Shown here piece after piece: positions 7,847 to 17,699 of a DNA stretch of 64,000 bases. Under the pieces are notes generated by a model. That model searched no databases and was not told where the DNA came from. It worked only from the letters and a program-made list of their open reading frames with translations. Within the stretch, counting starts at the first letter, position 1. Each line of letters starts with the position of its first letter. Origin of the DNA: a virus; the IMG/VR virus record IMGVR_UViG_3300047443_000090, positions 23,260-87,259 of that record; one strand, written 5' to 3'. Both the position numbers and the translations under genes were made by a program.

Positions 7847-7874
7847 GCTAGATCGTCCGCAATGGGGCATTTTC

Positions 7875-8252
7875 TTACGGCATGCAGTGCGGCGAGCTGC
7901 CGCATGCCATGTGATTGTCGATGTCGAATTCCTCGGGCTCGCTATACCATTCCCGCTTGCTCTCGCAATGGCGGCATTCGTATGTGAGGCGGCCTTTGTC
8001 GTTGTGCCAGAGCCCATCGGGCAGCTCGTCGCCCTGCTGCTCGCGCATCCATTCGGCGTGCTCGCCGGGCTTGCAGTCCGGGCACGGCGGGCGCGCAACG
8101 CTCGGATCGTCGCCGTCTGCATCCATATCGCTCATGTAGCCATCGGTACACATCAGGTCTGGATAGCGCGTGGTGCCGCTATAGCCTTGCTTGCAGCAGC
8201 CGGTGACAGGCGGCAGCGCGCGGCTGTGCTTGCGTCGCTGGTGCGCGTTCAT
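7875..8252 (-). CDS. Cys-rich hypothetical protein
   Basis: Several CxxC motifs; coupled ORF. Confidence 0.6.
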   Translation of the reverse strand: MNAHQRRKHSRALPPVTGCCKQGYSGTTRYPDLMCTDGYMSDMDADGDDPSVARPPCPDCKPGEHAEWMREQQGDELPDGLWHNDKGRLTYECRHCESKREWYSEPEEFDIDNHMACGSSPHCMP

Positions 8253-8803
8253 GCGTGCCCGCCTTGCTGGTGGTGGCCAAGCGCGGCGAGCTGCGCGTGA
8301 TCCATCGTATCGGCCATGATGCTGGGCGTCAGGCTGGCGCGGCGCATGTAGTCAGCGATGGCGTCGTGGCCGCCCTCCCCGCCAATTGCGACTGGCGCGG
8401 CGTGTACCGGCATGTACGCCTTGATGCGCAGGTAATCGGTGTAGCCAATGCGCGCCAGATTGCAGGCGCGCGCCAGCGTGTCCATAGCGGCGGCTGGCGA
8501 GCCTTCCGCCATGCTGACTGGCCCAATCGCGCCGACGACTTGGGCAAGGTCGATGTTGTCAATAGCGCGGCGCACCGCCTCGGGGTTGGTGCGGTTCATT
8601 GGATTGTCGATGGAGGCCCGGCATGCTTCGCGCACGGCGCGGGCGACGGCCATAGCATCCGGGGCCGGGTATTGGTTCTCGACGCGGAAGCCAACGCGGA
8701 TAGCCTCGTCGGCCTCTTTAGCGCTGCAAGTGTGTTTGAGCTGGCCGCTATTCTGGTGGATGACCCATGAGGCCGCGCGGTGGTCAATGTCCATGTCTCG
8801 CAT
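8249..8803 (-). CDS. hypothetical protein
   Basis: 184 aa coupled ORF. Confidence 0.6.
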   Translation of the reverse strand: MRDMDIDHRAASWVIHQNSGQLKHTCSAKEADEAIRVGFRVENQYPAPDAMAVARAVREACRASIDNPMNRTNPEAVRRAIDNIDLAQVVGAIGPVSMAEGSPAAAMDTLARACNLARIGYTDYLRIKAYMPVHAAPVAIGGEGGHDAIADYMRRASLTPSIMADTMDHAQLAALGHHQQGGHA

Positions 8804-8805
8804 AA

Positions 8806-9372
8806 TCAGCCCACGCTCTTGAGGATGGCTTGCAACTGGCGCAGCTTTTGCGTGTCCTCGGCGCTCGATTCCATTTGCATTTGCGCATCCACGGCGGCAT
8901 TGCCCACGTCCGTGGCGAGCTGGCGCAAATCATCGGCCATTTTAGCGGCGCGCGCGGCCAGCAGGCCAAGGCTGTCGATTGCGGTTTGCGGTGCTGTCGG
9001 CTGGGCGGCGGCTGGCTTGGTCTTGGCTGAAATGGTTGTCATGGCGCGGCTCTCTGCTATCTCGTTGGTTGGTGTTTGTTCTGGTTCGGGTGCAGGCTTT
9101 TTTTCGGTGGCGTCACGCACGCCTACGCGGCGGAACTTACCTTGCAATGGCTCCGTGATGAGCCCCGCAGTTATCAGGGCGTTTATAGCGCCCCCCATTA
9201 CCCGGTGGTGCGCGCTGACGCTGTTGCGGCTCATTTCCGCGTAAATCTGTGATTGGCTCCACGCCTCCGAGATAGGCACGGAGGCATACACCTTCTGCGC
9301 TACCGATGACAGGCCGGAATGGATGATTTTGAATCGGGATGAACTGAGCATGTTAGAACCTGAGCCCGCCAT
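8806..9372 (-). CDS. putative wHTH / coiled-coil phage protein
   Basis: N-terminal winged-helix-like segment (LITAGLITEPLQGKFRRV) and C-terminal coiled coil. Confidence 0.55.
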   Translation of the reverse strand: MAGSGSNMLSSSRFKIIHSGLSSVAQKVYASVPISEAWSQSQIYAEMSRNSVSAHHRVMGGAINALITAGLITEPLQGKFRRVGVRDATEKKPAPEPEQTPTNEIAESRAMTTISAKTKPAAAQPTAPQTAIDSLGLLAARAAKMADDLRQLATDVGNAAVDAQMQMESSAEDTQKLRQLQAILKSVG

Positions 9373-9613
9373 TGCCGTGCGAGTCCGTAGCGGCGCGCTG
9401 GTGGCACGCGCTGCCGCAGAAGTGTTCTTGTGCTGGCGGCGTCACCTTGCCCCGGCTGAAGCGGCTGTAGCGGCTTACTGGCGCGGGGATGGTGCGCTTG
9501 ATGGCGGTTTCTACGTTGACCGGCTCGAAGCAGCCGCCGCACTTGATGATGGCGGCGCTGACCTGTTGCGTCGCGGCGTTCGGTGGTGAGGTGGGAAGTG
9601 GCATTTGTGGCAT
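9353..9613 (-). CDS. Zn-binding hypothetical protein
   Basis: GGAGA RBS; CGGC...FCGSAC. Confidence 0.55.
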   Translation of the reverse strand: MPQMPLPTSPPNAATQQVSAAIIKCGGCFEPVNVETAIKRTIPAPVSRYSRFSRGKVTPPAQEHFCGSACHQRAATDSHGNGGLRF

Positions 9614-9647
9614 CGGTTCTCCAATATTTCGGTTAATGAATATAGGC

Positions 9648-9676
9648 ATCCTAATACAAAAATATACAGCAGGCAA
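9648..9676 (-). promoter_or_regulatory. sigma70-like promoter lacking the shared operator
   Basis: TTGCCT-17-TAGGAT upstream of 9613. Confidence 0.5.
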
Positions 9677-9718
9677 TGGAAAGCCCCTTAAAAAATCGGG
9701 ATGGCGATAATTGGCATA

Positions 9719-9759
9719 GGAAAATGGGCCGCAGCAGCAATAGGCCGGGCCGGTAACAT
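9719..9759 (+). promoter_or_regulatory. putative late promoter
   Basis: GGAAAA-N29-TAACAT. Confidence 0.7.
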
Positions 9760-9765
9760 CGGGCG

Positions 9766-10056
9766 ATGGACAATATTTCAGCAAACGATTTGCAGGGCAT
9801 GGTGTCGCACTGGGTTGCGACGCCGCCCAATGGCTACCTCGGCAGCAGCTACGGCGCGGATATTCTCGCCATGCTGCAAACGCCAATGAAAACGGGCTTG
9901 GCCGATGGCTTACTCAACAAGTTGCGCGTTGATGTCCCGCTGGCGGGCGCGCTGCCACCGGCTGCGCTCAATATGTACGCGGTTGATAAAGGCCCGGACA
10001 GGCGAGAAATCTACATCGACGCATCCGGCACGCTGGTTGCACTGGGGGGTAAATAA
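9766..10056 (+). CDS. baseplate sheath initiator (P1 PmgA-like)
   Basis: HWVATPPNGYLGSSYG motif; immediately upstream of the bplA-like gene, as in P1. Confidence 0.65.
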   Translation: MDNISANDLQGMVSHWVATPPNGYLGSSYGADILAMLQTPMKTGLADGLLNKLRVDVPLAGALPPAALNMYAVDKGPDRREIYIDASGTLVALGGK

Positions 10057-11493
10057 ATGGCACTTACACGCGATGATTTTATGCAGGCTATCGCCGCTGA
10101 AATCTCCAATCAACCACTGGCCGCCCAGTTTTATCAGGCGGGCGACCCGCGCTTGCTGGCGCAAATGGGCGCTATGGCAACCATGCTGACGATGATTTCC
10201 CAGCAGATTGACGTACAGAGCATGGAGCCGTTCCTGAAGACGCGCGACACGACCGTGCTGGCCGACGCGACCATGAAGGGCATACTGCCGTTTGCGCGCC
10301 CTGCCCGCGTCACGCTGCTAGTGGAGAACGACGACCCATCCGGGTCTATCACGGTTTCCATTGGCCGCCGCCTCATTGGCGAGCAGGGCCGCGTCTACGT
10401 GGCAGAGACAGCCGCGACCATTGCAGCCGGGCAGTCGGGCACTATCTCGGCCAAGCAACTGACCACACGGACGTTCTCGCATACGGTGAGCGGATCGGTG
10501 CCCTTTTACCCGGTGCAGATTCCAGAATCGACAGACCCGGAGCAGTACATCAGCGGCGTGCTGGTATCTATCGCCGGGGTGCAGTACCCCTATGCCCCGG
10601 AGTTCTCGAATCTCGACGCGAACGAGCCCGGCTTCGCACTGGAAACGGACGAGCTGCGCCGCCTGTTCGCAAAGTTCGGCTGGCGCGACACCTTCGGCGT
10701 GCAGCCAGCGAACGGCACGGTAATCGACTTCATAATCGAGGAAACGAACGGGCAGTCTGCCCTTACCGCAAACCAGCCATTCACATTCGAGGGCTCGGCA
10801 CAAGCTGCTGATCGCAACTCGAAAATCACGCTGTCGTCGGTCACTTTCGTGGGCGCTAACCCGGTCGATATCCAGACCATGCGCGAGTGGGCGCAGTACC
10901 CCAGCACCTATGACGCCTCGGCGGTCTACCTCGGGAACTTCGATTTCCTCGTCCGGCGCAATCTGGCCGATCTCCGATTCCTGTCGGTCTGGAACGAGCA
11001 GATTGAGGAAAGCGTACGCGGCGCGAACGTGAGCAACATCAATACGCTGTTCGTTACCGCGCTCATGGACGGCACTACTACCGCGTGGCTGCAATCCACT
11101 ATCGGCCAAATCATCAGGGATGCCGACGACTCGTACAAAATCAAGTTTGTCACGGCTGTGGAGGTTGAGGTTCCTGTCACGATCAACGCCCAAGTGTCGG
11201 TAGTTCATGACCCGGCTGAAGTGGGCAGCAAAATCCGTTCGATCCTGTCCGGCCTGTACGGGCGCGACGCGACGGCGGTCAAGAGCGGCATGATGGTGCC
11301 GAATTCCAAGCGCATCTATGACGCGCTGAGAGCCGGTGTGCCTGCGCTGGCCGACGCCCTGAGTGATTTTCAGGTGACTATCCCCGCGCCCGCGCCCGCC
11401 ATGAAGCCTGAGCACTACCGCTATGTGTCTGACGCATCCATGACGGTCAACGTCACCCAATCGACTTACAACTCGGGCCTGTTCAGCCACTAA
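10057..11493 (+). CDS. bplA: baseplate wedge protein BplA-like
   Basis: 478 aa with baseplate J-like character (AVYLGNFDFLVRR); size and synteny match P1. Confidence 0.75.
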   Translation: MALTRDDFMQAIAAEISNQPLAAQFYQAGDPRLLAQMGAMATMLTMISQQIDVQSMEPFLKTRDTTVLADATMKGILPFARPARVTLLVENDDPSGSITVSIGRRLIGEQGRVYVAETAATIAAGQSGTISAKQLTTRTFSHTVSGSVPFYPVQIPESTDPEQYISGVLVSIAGVQYPYAPEFSNLDANEPGFALETDELRRLFAKFGWRDTFGVQPANGTVIDFIIEETNGQSALTANQPFTFEGSAQAADRNSKITLSSVTFVGANPVDIQTMREWAQYPSTYDASAVYLGNFDFLVRRNLADLRFLSVWNEQIEESVRGANVSNINTLFVTALMDGTTTAWLQSTIGQIIRDADDSYKIKFVTAVEVEVPVTINAQVSVVHDPAEVGSKIRSILSGLYGRDATAVKSGMMVPNSKRIYDALRAGVPALADALSDFQVTIPAPAPAMKPEHYRYVSDASMTVNVTQSTYNSGLFSH

Positions 11494-11496
11494 GCC

Positions 11497-12888
11497 ATGA
11501 CGAACTTTGTAACCCCAATCGCTGCGCCAGCGCTTCAACCGCTGGCGAATAGCTTTGAATATGACCAGCTCGAAAGCGAGCTGAAGGCGGTATTCTCAAC
11601 CGTCTTTGAGAGCCTTGTCCGTGACCGCGAGCGCAACCTCAATATGTACGGCATGGCGCACATCGGCGGCGATGACCTGATGGCTAGTAGCCTGAAGGCT
11701 GACGGGATCGCAATGGTGCGCCGCAGCTCGACACGGATGCAGTTCTTGATGAAGGCAGAGCGCTCGCGCAACCCGCGCCGTGGCCTGCTGTTCATCAAGA
11801 AGTACCTGCAATCCATCTGGCCGAACATTTGGGTTTGTGAGCCGCTGTGGCAGCCGGTGAGCGATACTGTCAACTACCCTTCCGCTGCGATACCCCTCAC
11901 GTCAGAATTGAGCATCGGCTCGGGCGTGACTGCGGATTACGCGGGCGGTGCGGTAGGCGACCCGGTGGCGCTATACCGCACTGATGGGACTGGTAAAAAC
12001 CTGCTGTACACCACGCCGCGCACCAATGCCTTGCGCAACAACACAATGCAAGGGGCCGTTAGCGGAACGCCGGGGACGCTTCCTACGAACTGGACGCTTG
12101 GAGCCGCACCCGGCCTGACGCAGCAGGTTGTTGGCGTGGGCTCGACTGGGGGTATCTCCTATATCGACGTTCGCGTTTTCGGTACGCCTACTTCCGTTGC
12201 AAACAGTTCTGCATTTCACTTCGATCTCCACGCAGTAGTTAATGCGGCAGTAGGCGAGAGCTGGACGGCCAGTGCATTCATCGCGCTCATTGCGGGATCG
12301 CTCGCAAACGTCGCCAACTTCGGTATCGGCTTTCGTGAGAGCGATGCCGCTGGGACTGCCCTTGTAACCGGATTGGGTGCGGCGGTCGCGCCTACGGCGA
12401 CCCTGACGCGCTACAGCGAAACGCACATTAATACGAATGCTGGGACGGCTAAGGCGAATTGCAACATTCGGTGGACGAATATCAATACCGTGTCGCCGGT
12501 AGATTTCACCCTGCGCATCGGTATGCCGCAGCTAGAGCAATCGAGCGTGGCAACGTCACCGATCCCGACGACGAACGCCGCAGTAACCGTGACGGACTAC
12601 TCCATTTCCGCGAGCGGCGTGGCGACGTTCGCCAGCGGCCCGCCGCCCACGAACGTTCGATACTTCCGCACCAGCCGCACCCGCATCACCCTGCCGGTGT
12701 CGGTGGACAACGGCCTCGGCCTGACGGAAATCGCAAAGGCGTTCCGCTCCACGCTGGCCGCGCGCCTGATGCTGGAATTCAAGCTGGGTACGGTTTTCGA
12801 CAATAGCGGCAATAACGGCGGGCTTGCGCTCGCAAATGCCACCATCGGCATCATGCCAATCACACTTATCGGCACGCTTCAAAACTAA
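11497..12888 (+). CDS. baseplate wedge protein (P1 gp16-like) with inserted beta-rich domain
   Basis: Follows bplA; NPRRGLLFIKKYLQ motif; central RTN...QLEQSSVATSPIPT domain. Confidence 0.6.
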   Translation: MTNFVTPIAAPALQPLANSFEYDQLESELKAVFSTVFESLVRDRERNLNMYGMAHIGGDDLMASSLKADGIAMVRRSSTRMQFLMKAERSRNPRRGLLFIKKYLQSIWPNIWVCEPLWQPVSDTVNYPSAAIPLTSELSIGSGVTADYAGGAVGDPVALYRTDGTGKNLLYTTPRTNALRNNTMQGAVSGTPGTLPTNWTLGAAPGLTQQVVGVGSTGGISYIDVRVFGTPTSVANSSAFHFDLHAVVNAAVGESWTASAFIALIAGSLANVANFGIGFRESDAAGTALVTGLGAAVAPTATLTRYSETHINTNAGTAKANCNIRWTNINTVSPVDFTLRIGMPQLEQSSVATSPIPTTNAAVTVTDYSISASGVATFASGPPPTNVRYFRTSRTRITLPVSVDNGLGLTEIAKAFRSTLAARLMLEFKLGTVFDNSGNNGGLALANATIGIMPITLIGTLQN

Positions 12889-12897
12889 GAGGATCAC

Positions 12898-13749
12898 ATG
12901 GCTCAAAAGACAGAAATCATCCGTTACAACGTGCGCGAGCGGGGCCGCGCCCATCGGGGCAAGGATCGCAATTTTGATCTGCGCGCGCTGGCGTCGCTGG
13001 TCAACTCGCCAGAGATTCAGGAGCGCGTAAAGAACCGCGACATGGTGGGCTATTACGGCCACTGGCAGCGCATGAAGTTCGGCCTGACGCCACCAGAAAC
13101 AGTCATCGTAGATGGCCGCAACGTGAATCTTGAACCGGCTATCGTGACGACGATGCTGCGCGCCGACGCTGACGGCAACATCGAGCACCAGACCGAATTC
13201 CTCGACACGGCAGCGGGCAAGATTGCCGCGCGCCTGCACAAGAGCAAAACGGGCGGGTTCTCCAGCGCGATCAATGCCGTCCCGCGCGGCAACTTCGACG
13301 TGGCAACCGCGTTTGCCGGTTTCGATTATGTGCTGGAGCCGAACTACACGACCAATCGCGGCTATATTTTCGACAGCGCCGGGGCAGCCGCAGAAGGCTC
13401 CATCTTCGATTTCGTGATGCAGGACTACCACACGGGCACCGCGCACATGGCGACGCTGTACGACAGCCTGCAAGGCGATCACATGCTGGCGTTGCAGACC
13501 TTGCAGCGCGTGCAGGAAGAAAACATGGAGCTGCTGTCGATTCTGGCCGCATCCAATAGCCGCGCCGTGCTCGATGGCGTGGATAACGCCGTTGCGCCGC
13601 GCATGGTGGCAAAGAAGGCCACGACGGATTTTGCCCGCACCGCCGCCATGTTCCGCAATGCCGATCTGGTGGGCCTCGAAAAGCTACCTGATCCAAAGGG
13701 CGATATGGTTCTCGATCAGGTGGCGGCACACTACGGGATGGCGCGATGA
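12898..13749 (+). CDS. prohead (head processing) protease, P1 Pro-like
   Basis: GYYGH, IEHQTEFLDT, GGFSSA and FAGFDYVLEPNY motifs. Confidence 0.8.
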   Translation: MAQKTEIIRYNVRERGRAHRGKDRNFDLRALASLVNSPEIQERVKNRDMVGYYGHWQRMKFGLTPPETVIVDGRNVNLEPAIVTTMLRADADGNIEHQTEFLDTAAGKIAARLHKSKTGGFSSAINAVPRGNFDVATAFAGFDYVLEPNYTTNRGYIFDSAGAAAEGSIFDFVMQDYHTGTAHMATLYDSLQGDHMLALQTLQRVQEENMELLSILAASNSRAVLDGVDNAVAPRMVAKKATTDFARTAAMFRNADLVGLEKLPDPKGDMVLDQVAAHYGMAR

Positions 13750-14513
13750 GCCTGCGCACGCCATTGGAAGTGGCGTTTGGCGGGTACTTGGGCCGCTTCT
13801 ATAGCCAGCTCATAGCAGATACGCCTGCGATGGCCGAATACGTCAAGCGCGGCCTTGCAAAGTCGATTTCATGGGTTCCGGGCCGGATGATAGACGGCGT
13901 GGAGGACATGCTGTCAGAGTGGCGCAAGAATGACAACTCGGGCGGCCCCGGCGAATCGTCGTTCCTGCCTGTCATGCTGGTTGCCATGAGCAAGGATTTT
14001 GTAACCGCCCTGCCCGATTGGGGCGTAGCTCTCGGCACGCCGGTTGATTTCGTGATCCCCGAAGACCCGGAGCAGCGCGCGTATAAGATTCGGCTTTCCA
14101 TGAATGAATACCGCTGCCAGATAGTCATAATCGCAGCGGAGGTGCATACCGCGCACAGCTTGGCTATGCAGCTCAACCTGTACGCGAACGGGCCGGATGG
14201 GCGGCGCTTTAAGCATATCCACATGCACGCGGGGTTCCCGCTGGAGTTCCCCGCCGTGCTGGAAAACATCGACATCGGCGCAATGGACAACAAGAGCGAG
14301 CAGAAGAACCTTACCGTTCTGGTTGCCGAAATCAACCTGCGCGCCGCCATACCGCTGATTCAAGCGCCGCGCGCTGATGAGCCGAATGATGGCGGCACGG
14401 CCCCAGCGGGCTATCCGGTGGTCATGGAGGTGAATTCGTTTGACGCGGTGAGCCTGAATAAGATCAGGACGTATGTCGATGGCGATGAAATCAAGACGGA
14501 GTTTTCCCGGTGA
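13746..14513 (+). CDS. virion structural protein (possibly P1 gp24-like tail terminator)
   Basis: Coupled to the protease; size and beta-rich pattern fit. Confidence 0.45.
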   Translation: MSLRTPLEVAFGGYLGRFYSQLIADTPAMAEYVKRGLAKSISWVPGRMIDGVEDMLSEWRKNDNSGGPGESSFLPVMLVAMSKDFVTALPDWGVALGTPVDFVIPEDPEQRAYKIRLSMNEYRCQIVIIAAEVHTAHSLAMQLNLYANGPDGRRFKHIHMHAGFPLEFPAVLENIDIGAMDNKSEQKNLTVLVAEINLRAAIPLIQAPRADEPNDGGTAPAGYPVVMEVNSFDAVSLNKIRTYVDGDEIKTEFSR

Positions 14514-14971
14514 GTTCGATTCGTGTAGCGGCTGAAATTACCGGGTATGCTGGCCCCGCTGTGTGCTTGCTGGGCGCGCTCGACGTGGATAGCGGGCTGT
14601 TCATCGTCGCCAAAGAGCTGAAGTTTGGCGAGCGCCCGGACGGTGCTGTCATTGTGTCGAACGACCCGCGATCAGAGCAGCGCGATAGCCTGTTCACGGA
14701 GGAAAAATTGCAGGACGCAATCCGCCTGTTCTTCCGCGCGCAGGCTACCGGCGTTGTGGAGCTTCTGCCGACTGTGACAAAGCATGAGCCGTCCCATCGA
14801 ATCGAATCTGATGGAATTGGCGAAAAGGGCACAAGATACCGCCTATCGCCTGACATCACGAACGGAAACGTAGCTGTCCTGGCCCTGCTGTCGGCATCGG
14901 ACAGCACGTACCGGGCGCAGGCCGCGACTGACTTTTCGACCGAACTAGCCGAAATGTTCATGACGATCTAG
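14510..14971 (+). CDS. conserved phage morphogenesis-region protein
   Basis: GTGA-coupled ORF in a late operon. Confidence 0.55.
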   Translation: MSSIRVAAEITGYAGPAVCLLGALDVDSGLFIVAKELKFGERPDGAVIVSNDPRSEQRDSLFTEEKLQDAIRLFFRAQATGVVELLPTVTKHEPSHRIESDGIGEKGTRYRLSPDITNGNVAVLALLSASDSTYRAQAATDFSTELAEMFMTI

Positions 14972-14976
14972 CCATA

Positions 14977-15017
14977 GGAAAATAGCGCACTCCCCGCCTC
15001 GAAGCGAGCCGCAAAAT
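14977..15017 (+). promoter_or_regulatory. putative late promoter
   Basis: GGAAAA-N29-CAAAAT. Confidence 0.7.
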
Positions 15018-15041
15018 ATATCGGTTCACTTCGAGGTAACG

Positions 15042-16523
15042 ATGCCCACACCAAACCTTAACCCTAAAATCACGCAAGCCGGTCTAGCGCTGTTCCCTGC
15101 GCCATCGGTGCCCGGCTTCCATATCGAGCTGACGCACGTTGCGCTGGGCACCAGCATGTACGCGCCGCTCGGCAGCGAGACAGCCCTGAAAGCCGAAGTC
15201 GCCCGGTTCCCAATCCTTAGCGGCACAAACCCATCGCCGCGACAGGTGCAAGTCGGCCTCACGATCACGGACACGGACCCTAGTGGCAAGAGCGCGAACG
15301 GCAAGGGCGTTGGCGAAATCGGCTTTTACTCTGGCACTACCCTGTTCGCAATCTGGAGCCAGCCTACCGAACCTCTGTTCTACAAGTCGGCGGCGTTCGA
15401 TATTCCGCTGGCCTACACGCTCGATGTCTCGATCCTCCCGGCTGGCTCGGTGACGATCACGGTTGACGCCCAGCAGGCCGGGCTGTCGTCGTTCATCCTC
15501 GCGCACGAGGCGAAGGTAGACCCGCACCCGCAATACCTCACGGTGGTTGAGGGCGATGCTGCCTATGCGCCAAAGAGCCATACCACGGCAACCGATCCGC
15601 ACCCGCAGTATTTGACGCCAGCAGAGGGCGATGTGGCATACACGCCCCTCTCCCACGCCAGCGCGACCGATCCGCACCCCCAATACCTGACGCCAGCAGA
15701 AGGTGCTGCCGCCTACGCGCCGCTGAGTCACACGTCGGCAACCGATCCGCACCCGCAATACCTGACGCCAGCCGAAGGCGACGCCGCGTATATAAAACAA
15801 GGTGGCGGCCCCGGTCAGTCTGGTAATAAACTGAACATGGGCTGGACTGGCACTGGGGTTAAAGTATCGGTCGATAATGTTGACCTTGGGAGTATTGCCT
15901 TCCAAAGCTGGGTAAATCAACTTTTCACCGACCTCGTTGGCGCAGCGCCGCAGACTCTAAACCAGATCAACGAGCTGGCCGCTGCAATCGGTTCCGATCC
16001 GAATTTCGCAGTCACGATGTCCAACGCGCTGGCCGGTAAAGAGGCGAAATTCGCTTCCGGTACGCGCCTCGTGTTTTCGCAAGGTGCAGCGCCGACCGGC
16101 TGGACTCAAGTAACCGACGACTCGGCCAATAACCGTATGCTGCGCGTGGTAAACGGCGCTGGCGGCGGCACTGGCGGTTATCACGATCCATCGTATAACA
16201 ACGTAGTCGCAGCCCACACCCACGGCTTCTCGACCGGCAACGTCAGCGCGGATCACGCGCACGGTATTGGCGACCCCGGCCACGTTCACGGCGGCGGCAT
16301 GATGGTTGGCAACCTCAACTATGGTGCGGGCGGTAACTCATACCTCGAAGAAGGTGCGGGCGCACCGAACTACACGCGCGAGTGGATGACTGGCGCAGCT
16401 ACCGGCATTTGGCTTGGCGGTGCTACCTCTAACCACACTCACTCCGGTTCTACCGACAACGGTTCGTCGTCTACGAACTGGGAGCCTCGCTACATCAACC
16501 TGATTATCTGCTACAAGAACTAA
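15042..16523 (+). CDS. tail fibre protein 1 (baseplate-binding N-terminus, His-rich tip)
   Basis: ITQAGL N-terminus, DPHPQY repeats, APQTLNQINELAAAIGSDPNF, collar APTGW, HTH repeats, PRYINLIICYK. Confidence 0.85.
   Translation: MPTPNLNPKITQAGLALFPAPSVPGFHIELTHVALGTSMYAPLGSETALKAEVARFPILSGTNPSPRQVQVGLTITDTDPSGKSANGKGVGEIGFYSGTTLFAIWSQPTEPLFYKSAAFDIPLAYTLDVSILPAGSVTITVDAQQAGLSSFILAHEAKVDPHPQYLTVVEGDAAYAPKSHTTATDPHPQYLTPAEGDVAYTPLSHASATDPHPQYLTPAEGAAAYAPLSHTSATDPHPQYLTPAEGDAAYIKQGGGPGQSGNKLNMGWTGTGVKVSVDNVDLGSIAFQSWVNQLFTDLVGAAPQTLNQINELAAAIGSDPNFAVTMSNALAGKEAKFASGTRLVFSQGAAPTGWTQVTDDSANNRMLRVVNGAGGGTGGYHDPSYNNVVAAHTHGFSTGNVSADHAHGIGDPGHVHGGGMMVGNLNYGAGGNSYLEEGAGAPNYTREWMTGAATGIWLGGATSNHTHSGSTDNGSSSTNWEPRYINLIICYKN
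15519..15790 (+). repeat. in-frame 75 bp tandem repeats (DPHPQYLTPAEGxAAY), about 4 copies
   Basis: GATCCGCACCCGCAATACCTGACG-like units recur with a 75 bp period. Confidence 0.85.
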
Positions 16524-16532
16524 GGAGCCGAA

Positions 16533-16772
16533 ATGAGCAAAATTACCGGGCACCAATGGGGCGACGATATGCGCTATATCGGCGCATACGAGTTCCCAAA
16601 CAACCTCGACAAAGAGGAAATACACCTGCCGCCGCGTACTACCCTGCTGGAGCCTCCTATGGGCCTTCCAGTCGATCAGGAGGCCGCGTGGTTTGAGCGG
16701 GGCCAGCGCTGGATCGTTCGCGGCGTGATGATGTCGCACATGCCTACCCGCGAGGTGCCGGATGAGCATTAA
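16533..16772 (+). CDS. tail fibre assembly chaperone-like protein
   Basis: LPPRTTLLEPP...W motif directly after the fibre gene. Confidence 0.6.
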   Translation: MSKITGHQWGDDMRYIGAYEFPNNLDKEEIHLPPRTTLLEPPMGLPVDQEAAWFERGQRWIVRGVMMSHMPTREVPDEH

Positions 16773-17103
16773 TACCGTCATCACTTGCCCGCTTGGCTCC
16801 AAGTGCGAGGAAGTCCGCGACAACGCGATTCACCGCTGCGCGTGGTCTATCCAAATCGCCGGGCAAAACCCGCAGACCGGCGAGACAAAGGACGAGCACG
16901 CCTGCGCTATGGCATGGATGCCCATTTTGCTGATTGAGAATTCCAAGCAGCAGCGCGGCACGACCGTGGCTATCGAATCGTTCCGCAATGAGACTGTGCA
17001 GAGCAACGAGGCAAGCCGCGCGATGATGATGGCCGCCGCGTCCCTGCCAGCTATGGCGAAGCTGGCTCATGCCGCGCGCACGCATGGCGAGGTGGTGGGA
17101 TGA
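16762..17103 (+). CDS. Cys-rich tail-fibre-associated protein
   Basis: CPLGSKC...CAW...NPQTGE...AIESFRNE. Confidence 0.55.
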   Translation: MSINTVITCPLGSKCEEVRDNAIHRCAWSIQIAGQNPQTGETKDEHACAMAWMPILLIENSKQQRGTTVAIESFRNETVQSNEASRAMMMAAASLPAMAKLAHAARTHGEVVG

Positions 17104-17699
17104 TCCGCGCCATGTGGGTGATGGTCTATGCTGTCGCGGTGCTGGTGAGCTTGGCTATCGACGTGGCCGCGCGCTTCTGCCTGAACTGGATCGTTGCGGC
17201 GCTGTGCGACGACAGCGGGAACCTGCCGCGCTGCCTGCGCTGGTTCCAGACCTTTGACGACGACTGCGACGCCGGTATGCGCGCGCGCCGTAACGAGCTG
17301 CGCCAGAGCCCGCCCGGCGATACATGGGCGGCGTTCGCCCCCTTCCCCGTTACGTGGCTAGACCGCTACCGTAACCGTGCGCTATGGCTGTTCCGCAATA
17401 GCTCCTACGGGTTTTCTTACTACCTTTTCGGTCGCTCGTTCAAGCCGTGGAAATGGGTTGTTGCCCGCCACATCGACACACCGGCCCTGACGCTGTTCAT
17501 TGCGACCGGCCCGCGCGGCGCGTTCAACGTCTACTATCACGGCCAGTTCGGCATGTGCAAGCTCGGCTGGAAGGCGTGGAACTACTACGTTCCCGCCGCT
17601 GGTGATTCCCCCGCGCGGTGGAAGGCATCCCCTTGGGGGTCTATGTGGCGCGTTCCTATGACGTTCTCGATCAACCCGTTCAAGCGCAAGGTGGGCTGA
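17100..17699 (+). CDS. Trp-rich membrane-associated phage protein
   Basis: LPRCLRWFQTFD...WLFRNSSYGF; N-terminal TM segment. Confidence 0.6.
   Translation: MIRAMWVMVYAVAVLVSLAIDVAARFCLNWIVAALCDDSGNLPRCLRWFQTFDDDCDAGMRARRNELRQSPPGDTWAAFAPFPVTWLDRYRNRALWLFRNSSYGFSYYLFGRSFKPWKWVVARHIDTPALTLFIATGPRGAFNVYYHGQFGMCKLGWKAWNYYVPAAGDSPARWKASPWGSMWRVPMTFSINPFKRKVG

Noticed and set aside
9654-9669. Possible LexA box in the promoter spacer
   Set aside because: Only one CTGT half-site is present; the ACAG half is missing.
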